From contig NIVC01000486.1 of NCBI GenBank assembly GCA_002269645.1, positions 62,001 through 126,000 of the forward strand: a DNA stretch of 64,000 nucleotides. The letters run 5' to 3'. The notes beneath the pieces are model-generated. The model was not told the DNA's origin. It was given only the letters and a program-made list of their open reading frames with translations, and searched no databases. A program made the position numbers and the translations under genes. Within the stretch, counting starts at the first letter, position 1. The number at the start of each line of letters is the position of its first letter. Of the stretch, positions 58,353 through 64,000 are shown one piece after another. This DNA is from Macrostomum lignano (taxonomy: Eukaryota).

Positions 58353-61231
58353 ATGATGCATTGTTGCCCCCAACTGTGTCACATATTAGGTCCCACTGGC
58401 AGCGCTTCATCCAGTCAGTCTGGCGAGGACGCCGCTGCTCAGTCAGCTGACGAGGATGCAGCCAATCAATCATCTGACGAGGATGCCGCTGCTCAATCAT
58501 CTGACGAGGATGCCGCTGCTCAATCATCTGACGAGGATGCCGCTACTCAATCATCTGACGAGGATGCCGCTGCTCAATCAGCTGACGAGGATGCCGCTGC
58601 TCAATCAGCTGACGAGGATGCCGCTGCTCAATCAGCTGACGAGGATGCCGCTGCTCAATCAGCTGACGAGGATGCCGCTGCTCAATCATCTGACGAGGAT
58701 GCCGCTGCTCAATCATCTGACGAGGATGCCGCTGCTCAATCATCTGACGAGGATGCCGCTGCTCAATCAGCTGACGAGGATGCCGCTGCTCAATCATCTG
58801 ACGAGGATGCCGCTGCTCAATCATCTGACGAGGATGCCGCTGCTCAATCATCTGACGAGGATGCCGCTGCTCAGTCATCTGACGAGGGCGCCACCAGTTT
58901 GCAGTCGTCCGGTGAGGACGCCGCCGACAATGATGACGATAATGAGGGTGACGACGAACCGCAGCTGCAAGACGAAGTACTGCAGCAGAGATGGCATGAA
59001 GCGTTGCCTGTCTCGTTCGGCGAAGCAATGGTCGAAATCCATCTCTGTGCCAGGGATCTGCGCCTTCCACGGGGCGGCACTACCAGAATTTTGGCAATGC
59101 TGTGCCGTCTTGTGCCGAACAATATTCTCCCACGGACTGAGAAAGCGCTTCTGAATGCATCCAGATCGTCACAGTCGATTTTGGGCACTGCCTCGTGTCA
59201 CACGGTATGCAATAACTGTCACCGTAGCAACCGTGGTCGGTGCGATCCAAATGAATCGCTTTGCGAACACTGTAATTCAAATAAGGTGAATAACTTTTGG
59301 ACATTCAACATCCGACGACAGATCCAAACGCTAGCTAGCTCCTGTGGCCTTATGGAGAATGTCGTCTTCCCTGCTGACCAGATCGTCGATCCTGGCGTTG
59401 TCCACTTTGTGAATGGGGACCTGTATAGGTGTTTCCTCGAAACCATTGATCCTCAAAGTCGTCAAAGTCGCAGTGACCTGACATACACGTTCTGCGCCGA
59501 CGGTTTCTCTCTTTTCTCCACTAGCGGTGTTGAAATGTGCCCAGTGTATCTGTGTGTAAACGAAGTTCACGACAGGCTGAAGTCGCGATTCGTGATCATA
59601 TGCGGTGTCTGGGCGGGCAAGCAGAAGGTGCATCCGAGGGCTTTTCTACCCATCGTCGTTGACGAGCTAACATTGCTCCGAACTCGTGGACTGTCAATTA
59701 CTGATGGTCATGGCGTGCGACATCACATTCGTCTGCACCCAGTACTAGGTCTTTTTGACGCGCCAGCTCGAGCGGATGCGTTGTGTATGAAGCGCTTTTC
59801 TGCCAAATTCGGATGTGATAAGTGCTACATTCAATCAGCGCTACACCCTTCCGGATTCGGCCGCATATTCAAAGTGGAAATTACTCCAGCTATGCTGCAT
59901 GCGGCAGCTCGGCTTGGATGCGTGCAAACGACTGTCCGCTCGATGAATGATACACACACCCTGGCGGAGTACCACGACCGACACGTTCACCAGCCCAACG
60001 CAGACACTCTAGGTGTTCGTGGCACTCTCCACTAGGACGGTTAGCTGGATTCGACTTTATCAGAGGGACCCCGCCATGCTACTTGCATCAGCTTGAGGCG
60101 GGCCTGTTTAGGAGAATGCTGTTCCAGATGCTTCTTGTCCAGCATGAGAAACCCGATCGCGGCCAGAGCAACTGTCCCGACTTGCATACTCGGTCAGCCG
60201 AGATAGACGAGCGTCTGCTGAGGATCAGAGTACCGCGGTGTGTGCAGCGCCATACTGTCCGGCCCGTGAGGGAACTGCGGCACCTGCGTGGTCACGAGTT
60301 GGAGATGTGGCTGCTCATTTACGCCCCGCTCGTTTTGCAAGGCATTCTCGCTGACTCACACTATCAGCACCTGTGCATCCTATCTGCTTGTGTCTTCTGG
60401 ATGAGCAGGGAAGGGTCACCGATGAGCGAGCTGCAGCACGTCGAGGTCTCGCTGCGACATTTTCACGCCAATCTAGTTCGGCTGTACTCCGCGAGGGCTT
60501 TGACCTACAATGCGCACCAGGTGTGCGTGCATATGCTGCCGCATGTGTCTCTGGCTGGTCCACTGCACAAGCAGTCTGCCGGACTTTTTGAGTCCATGCA
60601 TACCAAGCTTCGGAGACTTCTTCACGGCTCACGCCGAACGGATGTGGAACTGGTCGGTGCAGTGGAGCGGTGCTTCGCCACAATTCAATCGGGAGCGCGA
60701 CTTCGGGTCAACGAGGCCCCACAGCCGGTTGCCATGCGCCGTACAGAATCCACTGTCATAAATGGCATTCTGCTCCTGCGTCCCGCTAGTATGGTGAACG
60801 GCTGGCGCAGTGTCACCTTGCCATCTGGTTGGACTTTTGAAGTCTTTAAACTGACGGGTGCAGATCAGGCAGGGCACGTGGATCAGCGCCGAATTCCATC
60901 TGCGTTTGTTGCTGTTGTGGGCTGTCAACCTACAGTGTTCAGGTTTGCCCGCGTTCAAAATCTGCAACTCGTCGGCCAGGAGGTCATCGTCGGACTTGCT
61001 AGTTTGCCTGTCCTTCATTCGGACTGGAATCCGTTGGAAGCGCTGGCTGCTGTTCCCGCGACTTCGCCGAATCGCGGTTGCTCCTTCGCTCACATCCGGC
61101 AGCTGGCAGCCGATCCATTTGGAAACCTAGGTGACGAATTTCAGGTCCCTGTGACCGACATTCTCGGCGCATGTGTTTTGATGGACACGCATATTGCCTT
61201 GATGCCGCATCCGCAGACTTGTTTTGCTTAG
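58353..61231 (+). pseudogene. CACTA/EnSpm-superfamily transposase with one frameshift near 60025
   Basis: TFCADGFSLF...PVY...GKQK...VDEL..L...G, DAPARA...K....GCDKC, GFD...CYLHQ and HELEMW...TYNAHQ...GPL....FES motifs. GVRGT/SPLGRL joins with a 1-nt shift. 27-bp QSSDEDAAA repeat at about 58420-58880. Confidence 0.8.
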
Positions 61232-61656
61232 GCACCTGTCTGCATGCATTATTTATGCTCCTACGTCTTGCAGCATATGCTTCCAAACATACTTGCTATT
61301 GTCACATGGTCATGCTTATGCTACTTACATGCTTACATTAGAAATATGTGCTATGTTTTTCTTCTTCGCTGATGTCACTCGTTTTTTATAACTCTGGCAT
61401 CTCATAAATTGATCCACTGTAATACCTTGTCGTATCATAAATTCACACTTTTACGCCGGTGCGTGACTGGCGACTGCGTCGGCTGCTTCCAGCTGCTGTT
61501 AATGCGAGAATTGTTTAGCACGAGCACGAGAATCGCGCAATAAGGACTGCTATAAATTATATATTTGTGCTGACATAAGTACACAGATGAGGTGGAATGA
61601 TTAAACGCTTTCTCCACTTAAATTGCTAATACCTAGAACCACACGTTGCTGCTTCG

Positions 61657-63860
61657 TTGTTTTCCTTACGAATATCGTCTCAGGCTATAATGGAAGGGTT
61701 TTATACGCCTCGTGACGTCATGACAACTACTTCCACTAATTCTATGTTCATTGATTTTCAGCAAGCATTCATGGAGAAGCGTCCAAGACCTGCAAAGTGG
61801 CTTCGGAAGGAACAACCGATTGAGGAACGCTGGCTGCGCGAAATGCGCGCCAGTGTAGTAGCGAAACAAGCTGCTGTCTCCGCTGACGCTGTTCGGACTA
61901 ATGTCGAATATTCCGCTGGTGCAGGTGAACCGGAAATGGAAGCGCAGTCGGAAAATCTATTCGCCTTCTATGGCAACCTGAGTCCGGCCAGCAGGGCCCA
62001 TATTGCGGCTGAGCAAAACTATTTCTTCGACGTCGGAGCCTCCGAACCAGCTTCGACTCTAGAGACTGCAGAATTACGTTCGAGCACTTGCATAAATGAG
62101 GCTCATGATGAAAGAGCCCGACTGCACGAGAAATGTGTTCGGGCGCTACAGCGCGCAGAAGTTGCCGTGCAGGTAAGAATTTATGCACGTATTGGTGGGA
62201 GGGTTACTTAGTAGAGAAAATCGGGACTGTTAACTTCAGCATGTCTTTATTTATACCATCTGTAGGAATACCGCGAAGCAATGGATGAGCTCGAGACTTT
62301 CGATCTTCGCAGTCAAGGCGAGTCAGTCTCTGTGTGCTGTACAGGCAGTTCTCTGTTTGCTAACTTCGACCCCGACGCTGACTCCAATAGCCGCTCGCCA
62401 TCACCTGTCTTCAACAAGACTGTAAATGTCTGCTCGTACCGCGCTTACGTAGAGGGCCGGCACTGGTCGGAAGATGGAATGAATGGCCTTCTTGCCGCAG
62501 CCGCGGAGGAAACTGAGGGAACAATATATTCGATGTAGCCCGTTTCTCCTTACAATTATATCCAGAATATATGTACCTGAAAATGGGATTCTGCAAATCC
62601 TGAAAATTAGTGATAACTAATTTCCCCCCGTCCCCATCGATCGCGGATCAGCATTGAAATCGGTTAAAGCATTTAACACACATTTCCACAGCTTCTATAT
62701 ATTTGTCCATGTACTGGCGGTATAACCGCGATGAACAATGTCATTGATCGGCGAATAATAAAATATAATTCCTCAAGCTTCCACTTTCTGCACTTTCCGT
62801 TCCTCTTTTTATTTGCTTCATTTCTTAGTGGCTAAATGATGAATAGTATGAGCTACTTAGAAAGTATTTTGCTAATTACATATAGGATTCCTCGAAACAC
62901 CTTCATTTGCACGTGCAGCGCAATGACGTCCAAAGCTTCTGGCAAGGCATCCGTGAAGACAGCTACGTCGGAATCGTCTACAGAAAAAAGAAAGCGCAAG
63001 GCTTCCAACCATTGTCAGCAGCCTGCTAAACCACACAGCAAGAAGCCATCCAAGAAAAGTAAGTCGCATTCCTGCGACTCGGTTGCAGCGCCTCGAGGTT
63101 CGAAACAGTTGAATCCAACTGCTGTCTCGGCGCCTCCAACTGCTGTCTCGGCGCCTCCTGCTGCTGTCTCGGCGCCTCCTACTGCTGTCTCGGCGCCTCC
63201 TGCTTCTGTCTCGGCGCCTCCTACTGCTGTCTCGGCGCCTCCTGCTTCTGTCTCGGCGCCTCCTGCTGCTGTCTCGGCGCCTCCTGCTGCTGTCTCGGCG
63301 CCTCCTGCTGCTGTCTCGGCGCCTCCTGCTGCTGTCTCGGCGCCGCTAGCTGCTATATGGGCGCTTCCAACGGCTGTCTCGGCGCCTTCAACTGCTGCAG
63401 CCCCGACTGAAATTGCAGTGTCGCTCGAGGCTGAAAACGCTGATAACGATCAGGAAATTGGTGAAATGCAGGGCTACAAAATGGAGGACAAAGAGCGTTT
63501 TTTGTGTTTCAATACAAACACTTTCACATGCGTACAGAGGTTGTCTCCACATCAAGTAGTACTGCGCCGCTCATTGTGTCTCGTCGACGTGGAGTGATTG
63601 GGCGAATCGCGATTGGCGAAGAAGTCCTGATCGTAACCGCAAAAACAAATCGCCAGAAGGCTAAGCGCTGGTTTGGCACCTTAATCAAGGGGCCATTCCA
63701 GAGGAAGGCCGAGGCTACCGGCGAGGCGGCCATGACAAACGTTCATGCCACACCAGTTGACCTGCCTAGAGCGTGCGCCTCATGCCACAGCCTTCTCATA
63801 GAGCTTCAGCGGAGCTCGAGCCTAGTAGAAACACTGCGTGAGAATCGTTCCCGTATATAA
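61657..63860 (+). CDS. Probable spliced second gene of the CACTA-like element, with a 21-bp AVSAPP(A/T) repeat
   Basis: Co-oriented ORF blocks with apparent GT/AG breaks downstream of the transposase; no recognised domain. Confidence 0.35.
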
Positions 63861-64000
63861 CTACCAGTATACTCGCATAAATCGTGATCGCAAAGATGTT
63901 ACATATTGCCTCGGTAATAATGCGAATGCGCTTTTTCACAATTATATTGCACAGGTACTGAACTCCGCAAGAAGGCGTCATTGGAGCAGACTTTCAACAG

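Noticed and set aside
1-64000. Naming the host species
   Set aside because: Intron minisatellites, TTAGGG and gene content fit an invertebrate (a flatworm-like genome is possible), but nothing here is diagnostic without a search.

Overview
Eukaryotic (invertebrate animal-type) nuclear DNA with GT-AG introns, minisatellites and many transposons; the host species cannot be determined from the sequence. The centre is a complete 24.8-kb Polinton/Maverick (adintovirus-like) element at 8002-32823. It has 326-bp TIRs that read as identical, AGTAGT termini and a 6-bp TSD (AACATC). It encodes protein-primed PolB, packaging ATPase, major and minor capsid proteins, adenain-like protease, a fibre-like protein, pX-like core proteins, an HNH nuclease and a PLA2-integrase. 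The Polinton sits inside a solo LTR and has itself been invaded by a second solo LTR (in polB), a Helitron and a Penelope-like fragment with hammerheads. The top finding is a 326-nt group I self-splicing intron with a complete fold (P1-P9 with P5abc) interrupting the PLA2 calcium loop of the PLA2-integrase gene, directly downstream of a free-standing HNH endonuclease gene. The element also carries covarying 30-bp double hairpins in frame inside polB and integrase, and palindromic TIRs. The host DNA on both sides is a minus-strand cluster of up to four multi-TIR-like/STING-like genes, some with two STING-like domains. Further right lie MRPS34-like and TECPR1-like genes with minisatellite-filled introns, MITEs, a Tc1 fragment and a frameshifted CACTA/EnSpm transposase. 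All domain calls are by-eye motif recognition; no database searches or folding programs were run.
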